Origin: Candidatus Methylomirabilia bacterium | GTDB taxonomy: Bacteria; Methylomirabilota; Methylomirabilia; Rokubacteriales; CSP1-6 | Reading direction: 5' to 3' | DNA length: 42,000 nucleotides | Assembly (NCBI GenBank): GCA_041496385.1 | Contig: JBGQEL010000032.1 | Span: forward strand, 1-42,000 | Part shown: positions 1 to 8,741 of the stretch, in pieces | Position numbering within the stretch: position 1 is the first letter of the stretch | How the letters are laid out: every line of letters begins with the position of its first letter | Made by a program: the position numbers and the translations under genes | Notes under the pieces: model-generated | Databases searched by the model: none | Seen by the model: only the letters and a program-made list of their open reading frames with translations | Told to the model about the DNA's origin: nothing

Positions 1-139
1 GCGGCTCGCTCAATTTGTCGCAACGTCCGTGGGGCGGACGCGGCAAGTGAACCCCGAGCGAAGCGCCCGCCCGGTGTCTGGTGCGGTGATGAGCCAACCT
101 CGAGCCCGCTATTCACCCGCTTTTTCCGCAACCTGCTAG
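1..139. repeat. Right end of a non-coding MITE/IS-like element (truncated by the window start)
   Basis: Ends in TTTTTCCGCAACCTG-CTAG (121-139), resembling IS termini of the ...TTTTTCAGCAGCCTG-CTAG type that insert at CTAG. Internal hairpin CGTCCG(24-29)/CGGACG(35-40). The CTAG contains the stop codon of the adjacent minus-strand gene. Confidence 0.5.
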
Positions 140-1344
140 CGGGGCGCGATCTCGCGGAGCCGCGCGACGATGCCCGGGAGCGCGTCGAGGACGGCGTCGA
201 TCTCGCTCGACGCGGTCCAGCGGCCCAGCGTGAAGCAGAGCGAGCCCTCGAGCGACTCGCGGCCGCAGCCGATCGCGCGCAGCACGTGCGAGGGCTCGCC
301 GGTCGACGCGTTGCACGCGGAGCCGGAGGAGGCGGAGACGCCCCGCAGGTCGAGCTCCATGAGGACGGCGTCGGCCTTCACGCCCGGGACGACGATGGAC
401 GCGTGGTGCGGCAGTCGTCCGTCGCCGCGCGCGCCGGTGACGCGCGCCTGCGGCAGCCGGTCGAGCAGGCCCGCGAGCAGGCGATCGCGCAGCGCGCGGA
501 GCCGCGCCGCCTCCGGCGGCCCCTCGAGCCGCAGGAGGTCGGCCGCGACACCCATGCCGACGATCGCCGGGAGGTTCTCCGTGCCCGAGCGATAGCCGTG
601 CTCCTGGCCGCCGCCCAGGATCACGGGCGCGAGCTTCACCGTCGGCCGCGCCCAGAGGGCGCCGGCGCCCGGCGGGCCGTAGATGTCGTTGGAGGAGAGC
701 GTGAGGAGGTCGATGTGCGCCTCGTCCGCCGCGAGCCCGATACGCCCGGCGGCCCCGACGGCGTCCACGTGAAAGGGCACGCCGCGCTCGCGCGCGACGC
801 GCCCGATTGCGCTCACGGGCTCGAGCGTGCCGATCTCGCCGTTGGCGGCCATGACCGAGACGAGCGCGGTGTCGCCGCGCACGGCGCGGGCCACCGCCTG
901 CGGGTCGACGCAGCCGTCGGCGTCCACAGAGACGTGCGTGACGCTCCAGCCGCGCTTCTCGAGATCGCGGCAGGCGTTGAGGACCGAGACGTGCTCCACG
1001 GCCGAGGTGACGAGGTGCCGGCCGGCGGCCCGCTCGGCCACGCCGCGGATCGCGAGGTTGTTCGCCTCGGTGGCGCTTGCCGTGAAGATGACACCCGCCG
1101 GCGTCGCGCCGATCAGCCGCGCGACCTTGGCACGCGCGCCGTCGAGCGAGGCGCGCGCTTCCAGCCCCAGCGAGTGGAGCGCCCCGGGGTTGCCGACGCC
1201 GCCCTCGAGAAACGGGCGCATGACGGCGACGACGCGCGGGTCGACCGGGGAGAAGCCCGCGTAGTCCAGGTAGACGCGGGCGGCGGCGGCCGGCCCGCCG
1301 CCGCTACCGGGCCTTGCGGAGGAGGAAGCGGAAGACCGCGCCAT
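136..1344 (-). CDS. iscS: IscS/NifS-like class V PLP-fold protein (cysteine desulfurase homologue, PLP Lys replaced by Asp)
   Basis: Motifs YLDYA, FTASATEANN, EHVSV, HVDAV, RSGTEN and catalytic loop SSGSAC. The SxHKxYGP motif reads SSNDIYGP. The start is uncertain (ATG 1344 overlaps tusA). Confidence 0.9.
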   Translation of the reverse strand: MARSSASSSARPGSGGGPAAAARVYLDYAGFSPVDPRVVAVMRPFLEGGVGNPGALHSLGLEARASLDGARAKVARLIGATPAGVIFTASATEANNLAIRGVAERAAGRHLVTSAVEHVSVLNACRDLEKRGWSVTHVSVDADGCVDPQAVARAVRGDTALVSVMAANGEIGTLEPVSAIGRVARERGVPFHVDAVGAAGRIGLAADEAHIDLLTLSSNDIYGPPGAGALWARPTVKLAPVILGGGQEHGYRSGTENLPAIVGMGVAADLLRLEGPPEAARLRALRDRLLAGLLDRLPQARVTGARGDGRLPHHASIVVPGVKADAVLMELDLRGVSASSGSACNASTGEPSHVLRAIGCGRESLEGSLCFTLGRWTASSEIDAVLDALPGIVARLREIAPR

Positions 1345-1537
1345 TCTTGTCGATCTCCAGGAGCTCGTGGCCGGTCCGGACCGACCAGCTCTTCATGTCC
1401 GCCTCGGAGCCCGGGTCGTCCGACACCATCTCGAGCACCTGGCCGGGCTGGAGCCCCTTCATGGCCTCGCGCGTCTTGAGGACCGGAATGGGGCAGAACA
1501 GCCCCAGGCAATCCAGTCTGACGTCGGGAGCCTGCAT
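1304..1537 (-). CDS. tusA: Sulfur carrier protein, TusA family
   Basis: 77 aa from ATG 1537: LDCLGLFCPIP (CPxP), GQVLEMVSDDPGS, C-terminal FRFLLRK. Confidence 0.93.
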   Translation of the reverse strand: MQAPDVRLDCLGLFCPIPVLKTREAMKGLQPGQVLEMVSDDPGSEADMKSWSVRTGHELLEIDKNGAVFRFLLRKAR

Positions 1538-1565
1538 CGCGCGAAAACCCATTGAAATTCTTACA

Positions 1566-1595
1566 TTGACAGGGTGTCGCGGCAACAAGAATAAT
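1566..1595 (+). promoter_or_regulatory. Sigma70-type promoter for the diguanylate cyclase operon
   Basis: TTGACA (1566-1571), 18 nt, AATAAT (1590-1595), 7 nt before ATG 1603, in an AT-rich divergent gap. Confidence 0.55.
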
Positions 1596-1602
1596 GCTTG
1601 CG

Positions 1603-2562
1603 ATGCCAGGCGAGGGCTCTCCGGACTTCGCCTCCCTGGGGCGACGGCTCAGGCAGCGGGTGGTGCTCTCGCTCTGCCTCGCCTCGGTCCTGCCGCTCCT
1701 GGTGCTCACCTATGTCATCCATATCCACATCCTCCCCGACATCGACGCGCTGAGCGACGTCAAACTCTTCGGGCTCCAGGGGCTCCTCTTCTTCACGTTC
1801 GTCGCGATGCTCGTGGGGGCCTGGCTCATCTGGGATCTCGGCCAGACCGTGTGCCGCATGGCGTCGATGCTCACCGCGCAGTCCACCCCCGGCGGGCTCG
1901 GCACCCGCACCGACGAGGTCGGCACGCTGATGAACTCCTTCACGAACATGGTCGCGACGATCGAGCAGCAGGCGACCGAGATCAACACGTTCGCCACGCG
2001 ACTCAACTCCGCGTACAAGGAGCTCGAGGTCACCAACACCAAGCTGAAGGAGACCTCGTTCCGCGACGAGGTGACGGGCCTCTACAACCGGCGGTTCTTC
2101 TCGCTCCGCCTCGAGGAGGAGCTGTCGCGCTTCAAGCGCTTCAATCATCCCGTGTCGCTCGTGATCCTCGACATCGACGGCTTCAAGAACGTCAACGACG
2201 AGTTCGGCCACTCGGTCGGCGACGAAGTGCTCCGTGAGCTCGCGCAGATCCTCATGAAGCACTCGCGCGGCATCAACGTCGTCTCGCGCTTCGGCGGCGA
2301 CGAGTTCGCCGTCCTCCTCGTCGAGACGTCGAAGGCCGGCGCCCGGCTCTACGCCGAGCGGATCCGCCAAGTGGTCGCGACGTTTCCCTTCCTCCACGGC
2401 AAGCCGATGACCGCGTCGCTCGGCATCGCCAGCCTGCCCGACGACGAGGTCACCACCTCCGAGGACCTCTTCCGCGCCGCGGACGAGGCGCTCTACGCCG
2501 CCAAGCGCGCCGGCAAGAACCAGGTCGCCGCCGCCGGCCCGGTCGAGAAGGTGGGGCGCTGA
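1603..2562 (+). CDS. Membrane-bound diguanylate cyclase (2 TM + HAMP-like + GGDEF)
   Basis: Two hydrophobic helices, DEVGTL HAMP-like segment, DEVTGLYNRR, DIDGFKNVND, SRFGGDEF, ADEALYAAK. Start at 1603 or 1594. Confidence 0.92.
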   Translation: MPGEGSPDFASLGRRLRQRVVLSLCLASVLPLLVLTYVIHIHILPDIDALSDVKLFGLQGLLFFTFVAMLVGAWLIWDLGQTVCRMASMLTAQSTPGGLGTRTDEVGTLMNSFTNMVATIEQQATEINTFATRLNSAYKELEVTNTKLKETSFRDEVTGLYNRRFFSLRLEEELSRFKRFNHPVSLVILDIDGFKNVNDEFGHSVGDEVLRELAQILMKHSRGINVVSRFGGDEFAVLLVETSKAGARLYAERIRQVVATFPFLHGKPMTASLGIASLPDDEVTTSEDLFRAADEALYAAKRAGKNQVAAAGPVEKVGR

Positions 2563-2563
2563 C

Positions 2564-3616
2564 ATGGTCCAGCGGGACATCCTGATCGTCGACGACGACC
2601 GCCAGGTCCGCGAGGTGCTCCACCAGATCTTCCTGTCGGCCGGCTATAAGTGCCTTCTCGCCAACGACGGGCGCGAGGGCGTCGAGGTCTTCAAGACCGG
2701 GCGTCCGCCCCTCATCGTCACCGACCTCAAGATGCCCGTCATGTCGGGGATCGAGCTCCTGCAGGCGGTGCGCCGGATCGACGCCGACGCCGCGGTCATC
2801 GTACTCACCGGCGCCGCCGACGTGAAGACGGCGATCGAGAGCCTCAAGCTCGGCGCCTACGACTTCATCATGAAGCCCGTGAACGTCGACGAGCTCCTCA
2901 TCGCCGCCGACCGCGCCTACGAGCGGCGCCAGCTCCTCATCGAGCGCCGCGAGTACCAGGTGCTTCTGGAGCGCCGCGTGGTCGAGGCCACGCGTGACCT
3001 CGCCGATGCCTACCGCGAGCTCCAGGAGACCTACCACACCACGCTCGAGGCGCTCGGCTCCGCGCTCGACACGCGCGACGTCGGCACCGAGTCGCACTCG
3101 CGGCGCGTCCACGGCTACGCGCTCGCCACCGCGCGCGAGCACGGCGTACCCCAGGACCAGCTCGGGGACCTCGCCCACGGCGTGCTGCTCCACGACATCG
3201 GCAAGATCGGCATCCCCGACGCGATCCTCCTGAAGCCCGGGCCGCTCACGCCGGAGGAATGGAAGGTCATGCGGCGGCACCCCGAGATCGGCAAGGCGCT
3301 CGTCGAGCGGATCCCGTTCCTGCGCGGCGCGGTGCCGATCGTCTGGTCGCACCACGAGAAGTGGGACGGCAGCGGGTACCCGCGCGGCCTCCGCGGCGAC
3401 GACATCGCGCTCGGCGCGCGCATCTTCATGGTCGTGGACGCCTTCGATGCGATTACGTTCGACCGCCCGTACTCCAAGGCCAAGCCGTTCGACGTGGCGA
3501 AGGCGGAAATCAAGCGCTGCTCGGGCGCCCACTTCGACCCGAGGGTCGTCGAATCCTTCTTCCGCGTACCCGAGCCCCTGCTCGAGGAGATCCGGCTCAA
3601 GAGCGTCGAGCCCTGA
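2564..3616 (+). CDS. Response regulator REC + HD-GYP c-di-GMP phosphodiesterase
   Basis: ILIVDDD, DLKMP and KP receiver motifs, followed by HSRRV, HDIGK and HHEKWDGSGYP. Confidence 0.93.
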   Translation: MVQRDILIVDDDRQVREVLHQIFLSAGYKCLLANDGREGVEVFKTGRPPLIVTDLKMPVMSGIELLQAVRRIDADAAVIVLTGAADVKTAIESLKLGAYDFIMKPVNVDELLIAADRAYERRQLLIERREYQVLLERRVVEATRDLADAYRELQETYHTTLEALGSALDTRDVGTESHSRRVHGYALATAREHGVPQDQLGDLAHGVLLHDIGKIGIPDAILLKPGPLTPEEWKVMRRHPEIGKALVERIPFLRGAVPIVWSHHEKWDGSGYPRGLRGDDIALGARIFMVVDAFDAITFDRPYSKAKPFDVAKAEIKRCSGAHFDPRVVESFFRVPEPLLEEIRLKSVEP

Positions 3617-3620
3617 TCGC

Positions 3621-4637
3621 GTGAAGTTCGACGTCGGGATCCTCGCCAACCAGCCGGTCCCGGCGATCGTGCGGCAGGTGCAGCTCGCCGAGGCGCTCGG
3701 CTACGAGACCGCGTGGATCGCCGACACGCATCTCGTCTGTCGCGAGCTCTGGGTGACGCTCACCGCGTGCGCGCTCGGGACCACGCGGATCAAGCTCGGG
3801 CCGGGCGTGACGGTCCCCCACACGCGCCACCCCTCGGTCACCGCGAGCGCGGTCCTGACGCTGGCCGAGCTCGCGCCCGGCCGGGTGGTGCTCGGCATCG
3901 GCACGGGCGGGAGCTCGGCGCAGACCATGGGGCTCAGGCTCGAGCAGGTCGCGCGCGTCTCCACGCTCGACGCGATGGTCACGGCGATCCGGCGGCTCAC
4001 GCGGCGCGAGGCGATCAGGTTCGAGAGCGGCACCGAGGGCACCGTCGCGTGGCTCGACGGCCCGCGGCCGCTGCCGATCTACGTCGCGGGCTCCGGCCCG
4101 AGGATGCTGACGGCCGCCGGGCGGCTGGGCGACGGCGTCATCATGTACGCGTCCACCTCACCGCCGATCTTGAAGGCCGGGCTCGAACGCGTGGCCGAGG
4201 GCGCGCGCCAGAGCGGCCGCGCGCTGGGCGACCTCGACGTGGTGCTCTGGGCCCCGATGTCGATCGCGCGCGACGGCGCCCTCGCGCGCGATCACGCGCG
4301 CGGCCGCGTCGCCTCCGCGCTGCGCCACCCGCTCCCGGTGCCGTTCGCGCCCGAGGACCAGGCGATCGTGGACCGGCTCCGCGTGGAGTACGACGCCTTC
4401 CAGCACGCGACAGCGGCCGCGCGCCACCGGACGCTCGTGCCGGACCGGCTCGTCGAGCTGATGGCGCTCGCGGGCACACCCGGCGAGGTCGCCGCCCAGG
4501 TGCGGCGCCTGCGTCAGGTCCCCGAGATCAGCCGCGTGATCCTGCTGCCCCAGGTGCCCGACACGGGGTTCGTCGAGCGCGAGGCGATCCTGACGATGTT
4601 CGCCGAGGAGGTCATGGCAGATCGAGCTCCTCCGTGA
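3621..4637 (+). CDS. LLM-class flavin-dependent oxidoreductase (Mer-like)
   Basis: GTG 3621. AEALGYETAWIAD, TTRIKLGPGVT, RHP, GRVVLGIGTG, PIYVAGSGPRML. Confidence 0.88.
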   Translation: MKFDVGILANQPVPAIVRQVQLAEALGYETAWIADTHLVCRELWVTLTACALGTTRIKLGPGVTVPHTRHPSVTASAVLTLAELAPGRVVLGIGTGGSSAQTMGLRLEQVARVSTLDAMVTAIRRLTRREAIRFESGTEGTVAWLDGPRPLPIYVAGSGPRMLTAAGRLGDGVIMYASTSPPILKAGLERVAEGARQSGRALGDLDVVLWAPMSIARDGALARDHARGRVASALRHPLPVPFAPEDQAIVDRLRVEYDAFQHATAAARHRTLVPDRLVELMALAGTPGEVAAQVRRLRQVPEISRVILLPQVPDTGFVEREAILTMFAEEVMADRAPP

Positions 4638-6207
4638 GCCGCCGCGTCGTGGCGAGCGCGACCGACAGGTCGTCCTCCGAGACGCCCAGTTCCATGCAGC
4701 TCCGCAGGAGCTCGTGGAGCGCCTCGGTCCGCAGCTGCGCCTCGTCGCGGTGGCCGTCGTCGCAGAGCTGGCGGATGGCGCGCGCGCGCAGGTCGGCGAC
4801 GCCCTCGAGCGCGCGCACGAGCGTCACGCGCGTCTCCGCCTGCCGGTCGGGGCTGATGGTGCCGAAGCGGAGCGCGTGGACGAGCGGGTCCAGCGCCTCC
4901 TCGAACTCCTCCGCCTCGACGCGTCGCATGCCCAGGCGCGTGTAGCCCCACCAGAGCCGCTGGTCCACCTCCTCACGGCGCTTCGGCGGCAGCGCCTCCT
5001 CGGAGATCGTGGCGAGCAGCTCCTCGGCGCGCTGGAGCGAGAGAAGCGCCTCCGGCTCGCGCTCCTCCTGCATGCTGCGGATCGCCTGCGCGGTGAGCTG
5101 GCCGATCTCGCCGCCGAACGTCCCGGCAAGGAGGTCCTGGAAATCGCCGAGCCACGCCGACGGTAACGCGGGGTCGTCGAGCGCCTCACCCAGGCATTGG
5201 CGTGCCGCCTCGAACTCCTGCCGCTGGAGCAGCCGGTTCACCGTCTGCTCGTACGCGGGCCAGAGCGCGTCCTGCGCCTGGTCGCTCACCTCGCGCAGGC
5301 GCGCGTCGGCGGGCGCCGCCTCGAGCCCGCGCTCGACCCACGCGAGCGCCGCGCGGAGCCCGCCCACGCGGTCGTCGGCCTCGTGGTTGTTGGCGCGCCC
5401 GACGAGCGTCTGCGCCGCGTTGAGCGCGAGGGCGGCGAGGTGCTGTCGATAGGTCACGCGCTCGGCGACCGGGGCGACGGCGAGTGCCGCCTCCAGCGCC
5501 TCGCGCGCGCCCTCGTCGTCGTCCTGCGCCTGCTTGGCGAGCGCCACGACGGACCAGAGGGCGGCGACCTCGTGGGCGTCGTCGTCGCCGAGCGCGTCGG
5601 TCTGCACGCGGCCGAGCGCGCTCTCGCCGACCGAGACAACCTCGTCGTAGCACCGGTCCTGGTAGAGCGAGAAGCACGTCTCGACGAGCAGCGGATCGAG
5701 CTGCCGCTCCGCCTCGGCGGAGGCCTCGGATGAGACGGGAGCGTGCCCGACTTCCCTCTCGACGGGCCGGCGTATCTCGTCCAGCGGGACCATCACGGGC
5801 TCCGGATCGACGGCCTCGGGCTCTCCGGCGCGCCAGGGCGCGCCGGACACCGCCGGCGCGCCCCGGAGCTGGTCGGCGGCGGCCGCGGTCCCCGCCATGC
5901 CGGGCAACTCCGCCTCGGCGGGGGCGCGGCGCGCGTGGGGACGCGCGTGGGGGGAGACCTTGCTCCGTCGCTTCCGCGCGGGCGGGGCCTCCTTGACGAC
6001 GGTCGGCGGCGGGAACCGCGGGCCCGTGAACGGTGTCGACGGCGGCGTGGACGGGGGCGCCGCCGGGCGAACGGGCGCCGCCGGAGGGGTGGCGCGTCGG
6101 ACGGGATGCCGGGGCTTCGACGGCCAGACGAGCTCGAGGACGCCCAGCAACAGGAGCGCCAGGGCGCCCGCGGCCGCGATCAGGATCAGCGCTTCTTCGC
6201 TCAGCAC
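4612..6207 (-). CDS. Hypothetical membrane-anchored protein with Pro-rich linker and TPR-like helical domain
   Basis: GTG 6207 overlaps the upstream stop. N-terminal TM (LILIAAAGALALLLLGVLELVW), Pro/Ala-rich linker, then Ala/Leu/Glu-rich helical repeats. Confidence 0.75.
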   Translation of the reverse strand: MLSEEALILIAAAGALALLLLGVLELVWPSKPRHPVRRATPPAAPVRPAAPPSTPPSTPFTGPRFPPPTVVKEAPPARKRRSKVSPHARPHARRAPAEAELPGMAGTAAAADQLRGAPAVSGAPWRAGEPEAVDPEPVMVPLDEIRRPVEREVGHAPVSSEASAEAERQLDPLLVETCFSLYQDRCYDEVVSVGESALGRVQTDALGDDDAHEVAALWSVVALAKQAQDDDEGAREALEAALAVAPVAERVTYRQHLAALALNAAQTLVGRANNHEADDRVGGLRAALAWVERGLEAAPADARLREVSDQAQDALWPAYEQTVNRLLQRQEFEAARQCLGEALDDPALPSAWLGDFQDLLAGTFGGEIGQLTAQAIRSMQEEREPEALLSLQRAEELLATISEEALPPKRREEVDQRLWWGYTRLGMRRVEAEEFEEALDPLVHALRFGTISPDRQAETRVTLVRALEGVADLRARAIRQLCDDGHRDEAQLRTEALHELLRSCMELGVSEDDLSVALATTRRLTEELDLP

Positions 6208-7178
6208 TCGACGTCCACCGGACGGCGCTCGGCCATCGAGCGGTAGGCGGCGAGCACGACGGCGAGGTCGCGCCGTCCCGCGGCGCCGTCGGTCTCGGGG
6301 GCCGCCCCCGTCGCCATGGAATCGACGAACACCCTCAGCATCCGTTCGTGCCCCCTCGTGTCGCGCGTGAAGAGCCGGACGCGCGTCCCCGCGACCCCCC
6401 GGACCAGCGTCCAGCGGCCCCTGTTGTCGGCGAAGCAGGTACCGTCGGCACCGATCACCGTAGACCATTGAAACCGCGAAATGCCGCGGGCACCAAGCGA
6501 ATTGGCGAGGAGCCCCACCGCCCCGCCCCGGAACTCGGCCAGGAGCGTCACGGCGTCCTCGCCGCCGAGCGTGACCGTCTGGGGCGGGCGGGCGGCGTAG
6601 ACGCGCCGCACCTCGCCGCCCCACCAGCGCAGCGCGTGGACATAGTGGATCCCGCTGTCGATCAGGACGCCGCCGCCCGCCGCGGCGGCCTCGAGCCGCC
6701 AGCCCCGGAGCTGGCGGAAGCCGCGCGCGACCATGTGGACTTCGAGGAGCCGGCCGAGCCCGCCGCCCGCGAGGAGCGCCCCGACCCAGCGGAAGGCCGG
6801 CATGAAACGGAAGTTCTCGGCCACCATCAGGAGGCGCCCGGCGCGTGCGGCCGCCGCGATCATCCGATCGGCCTCGTCGAGCGTCCGCGCGATCGGCTTC
6901 TCGACGAGGACGTGGAGCCCCGCCTCGAACGCCAGGAGGGCGTCGGCGAGATGACGATCGTGCGGGGTGCAGACGACGGCGGCGGCCGCGCGCGGGTCAC
7001 GCACGGCGGCCTCGTAGGAGCCGAACGCCGCCACGGCGCCGAACTCGCGGGCGAACGCCTGGGCCCGCGCCGGCTCCCGGCTCGCCGCGAGCAGCGGCAC
7101 GCCGAGGCGGCGCGCGGCGGCGGCGTGGCGGCGCGCGATCCAGCCGCACCCGAGGAGGGCGAGCGCTCGCCGAGCCAT
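6201..7178 (-). CDS. Gfo/Idh/MocA family NAD(P)-dependent oxidoreductase
   Basis: LLGCGWIA, CTPHDRH, HVLVEKPIA, GGGVLIDSGIH. Confidence 0.92.
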   Translation of the reverse strand: MARRALALLGCGWIARRHAAAARRLGVPLLAASREPARAQAFAREFGAVAAFGSYEAAVRDPRAAAAVVCTPHDRHLADALLAFEAGLHVLVEKPIARTLDEADRMIAAAARAGRLLMVAENFRFMPAFRWVGALLAGGGLGRLLEVHMVARGFRQLRGWRLEAAAAGGGVLIDSGIHYVHALRWWGGEVRRVYAARPPQTVTLGGEDAVTLLAEFRGGAVGLLANSLGARGISRFQWSTVIGADGTCFADNRGRWTLVRGVAGTRVRLFTRDTRGHERMLRVFVDSMATGAAPETDGAAGRRDLAVVLAAYRSMAERRPVDVEC

Positions 7179-7213
7179 GCACTGTGATGCTAGCATGTGG
7201 CCCAGGAGGGTCT

Positions 7214-8368
7214 ATGAGACGCGTCGCCGTCGTCGGAGTCGGCGTCACCAAGTTCGGCAAGCACGACCGCACGTCGTCGGAGCTCTTCGCCGAGGCCGCG
7301 GCCGACGCGCTCGCCGACGCGGGGATCTCGGCGAGCCGGGTCCAGGCGCTCTACTACGGCAACGTCGTCGGCGGCGAGACCGAGCACCAGCTCCACACCG
7401 GGCCGCAGGCGGCGTCCATCCTCGGCATCCCCACGATCCCGACGACGCGCTTCGAGACGGCCTGCGCCTCCTCGCACGCGGCCTTCCGCCACGCGGTGAT
7501 GGAGGTCGGCGCGGGCGTCTCCGACGTCGTCCTGGTCGGCGGCGCCGAGCGCGTGCTCAACGTGCCCACGGCGGAGTCCACCGAGTACTTCGCCTACGCC
7601 TCCGACGCGATCTGGGAGCAGACGCTCGGCCTCACCTTTCCCGGTGTCTTCGCGCTGATCGCGCGTGCCCACATGCAGAAGTACGGGACGACGGAGGCGC
7701 AGATGGCGGCCGTCGCCGTGAAGAATCACAAGCACGGCGCGCTCAATCCCAAGGCGCAGTTCCAGAAGGAGATCACGCTCGAGCAGGTCTTGCGATCGGC
7801 GTACGTCGCCGACCCGCTCAAGCTCTACGACTGCTGCCCCTTCACCGACGGCGGCGCGGCCGTCGTGCTCGCCTCCGAGGAAGTCGCGCGCCGGACCCGC
7901 CGGCCCGTCTGGGTGCTGGCCTCCGCCGCGGCCTCGGACTGGATGCTGCTCGGCGACAAGCACGATCTGTCGCGCGTGCCCGCGACGGAGCGCGCCGCCG
8001 CCGCCGCGTACACGCAGGCGGGACTGTCCCCGAAGGACGTGGACGTGGTCGAGCTGCACGACTGCTTCACGATCGCCGAGATCGTCGCGACCGAAGGGCT
8101 CGGACTCTTCGAGCCCGGCGCCGGCGGGCTCGCCGCCGAGCGCGGCATGACGAGCCTGGGCGGGAAGATCCCCGTGAATCCCTCGGGCGGGCTCAAGTCG
8201 AAGGGCCATCCGATCGGCGCCACGGGCGCCGCGCAGATCGCCGAGATCGTCACGCAGCTCCGCGCGGAAGCGGGTCCGCGGCAGGTCCAGGGCGCCAGGA
8301 CAGGCCTCACCCACACTCTCGGTGGCAACACCGCCACCGTGCTCGTGAGCCTGTTCGGCCGTGAGTGA
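7214..8368 (+). CDS. Thiolase (SCP2/archaeal-type, HDCF subgroup)
   Basis: RBS AGGAGG before ATG 7214. ETACASS, DGGAA, ELHDCF, KGHPIGATG. Confidence 0.92.
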   Translation: MRRVAVVGVGVTKFGKHDRTSSELFAEAAADALADAGISASRVQALYYGNVVGGETEHQLHTGPQAASILGIPTIPTTRFETACASSHAAFRHAVMEVGAGVSDVVLVGGAERVLNVPTAESTEYFAYASDAIWEQTLGLTFPGVFALIARAHMQKYGTTEAQMAAVAVKNHKHGALNPKAQFQKEITLEQVLRSAYVADPLKLYDCCPFTDGGAAVVLASEEVARRTRRPVWVLASAAASDWMLLGDKHDLSRVPATERAAAAAYTQAGLSPKDVDVVELHDCFTIAEIVATEGLGLFEPGAGGLAAERGMTSLGGKIPVNPSGGLKSKGHPIGATGAAQIAEIVTQLRAEAGPRQVQGARTGLTHTLGGNTATVLVSLFGRE

Positions 8369-8741
8369 GACGGTGATCACGCTGCGCGACTTCTTCGAGC
8401 GCGCGCGCGAGGGGCAGCTCACGGCCGTGCGCTGCCGGCGGTGCGGCGAGCTCGCCATCCCGCCCAAGGAGCTCTGCCCCGCGTGTCACGAGCGGGCCTG
8501 GGAGCCGGTGCCGCTCGCCGGCGAGGGCACGATCGCGAGCTTCACCATCATCCGCGTGGCGCCGCGCGCCTTCACGGCGGACGCCCCCTACGCGATCGCC
8601 GTCGTGAAGCTGAAGGAAGGCGTCTCCGTGCTCGGCCGCGTCGTCGACGTCCCGCTCGAGCAGGTCGCGATCGGCCTGCCCGTACGCTTCCGCCCGCTCG
8701 TCCGCGACAACCAGACCTCCGTCGGCTTCGGCCCCGCCTGA
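8361..8741 (+). CDS. DUF35 Zn-ribbon/OB-fold protein (thiolase partner)
   Basis: CRRCG...CPAC, GTIASFT, PYAIAVVKLKEG, IGLPV. Overlaps the thiolase gene. Confidence 0.92.
   Translation: MSETVITLRDFFERAREGQLTAVRCRRCGELAIPPKELCPACHERAWEPVPLAGEGTIASFTIIRVAPRAFTADAPYAIAVVKLKEGVSVLGRVVDVPLEQVAIGLPVRFRPLVRDNQTSVGFGPA

Noticed and set aside
7214..8741. Thiolase-DUF35 pair as a novel system
   Set aside because: This is a well-known pairing in archaea and many bacteria. No HMG-CoA synthase or other distinguishing partner is adjacent.
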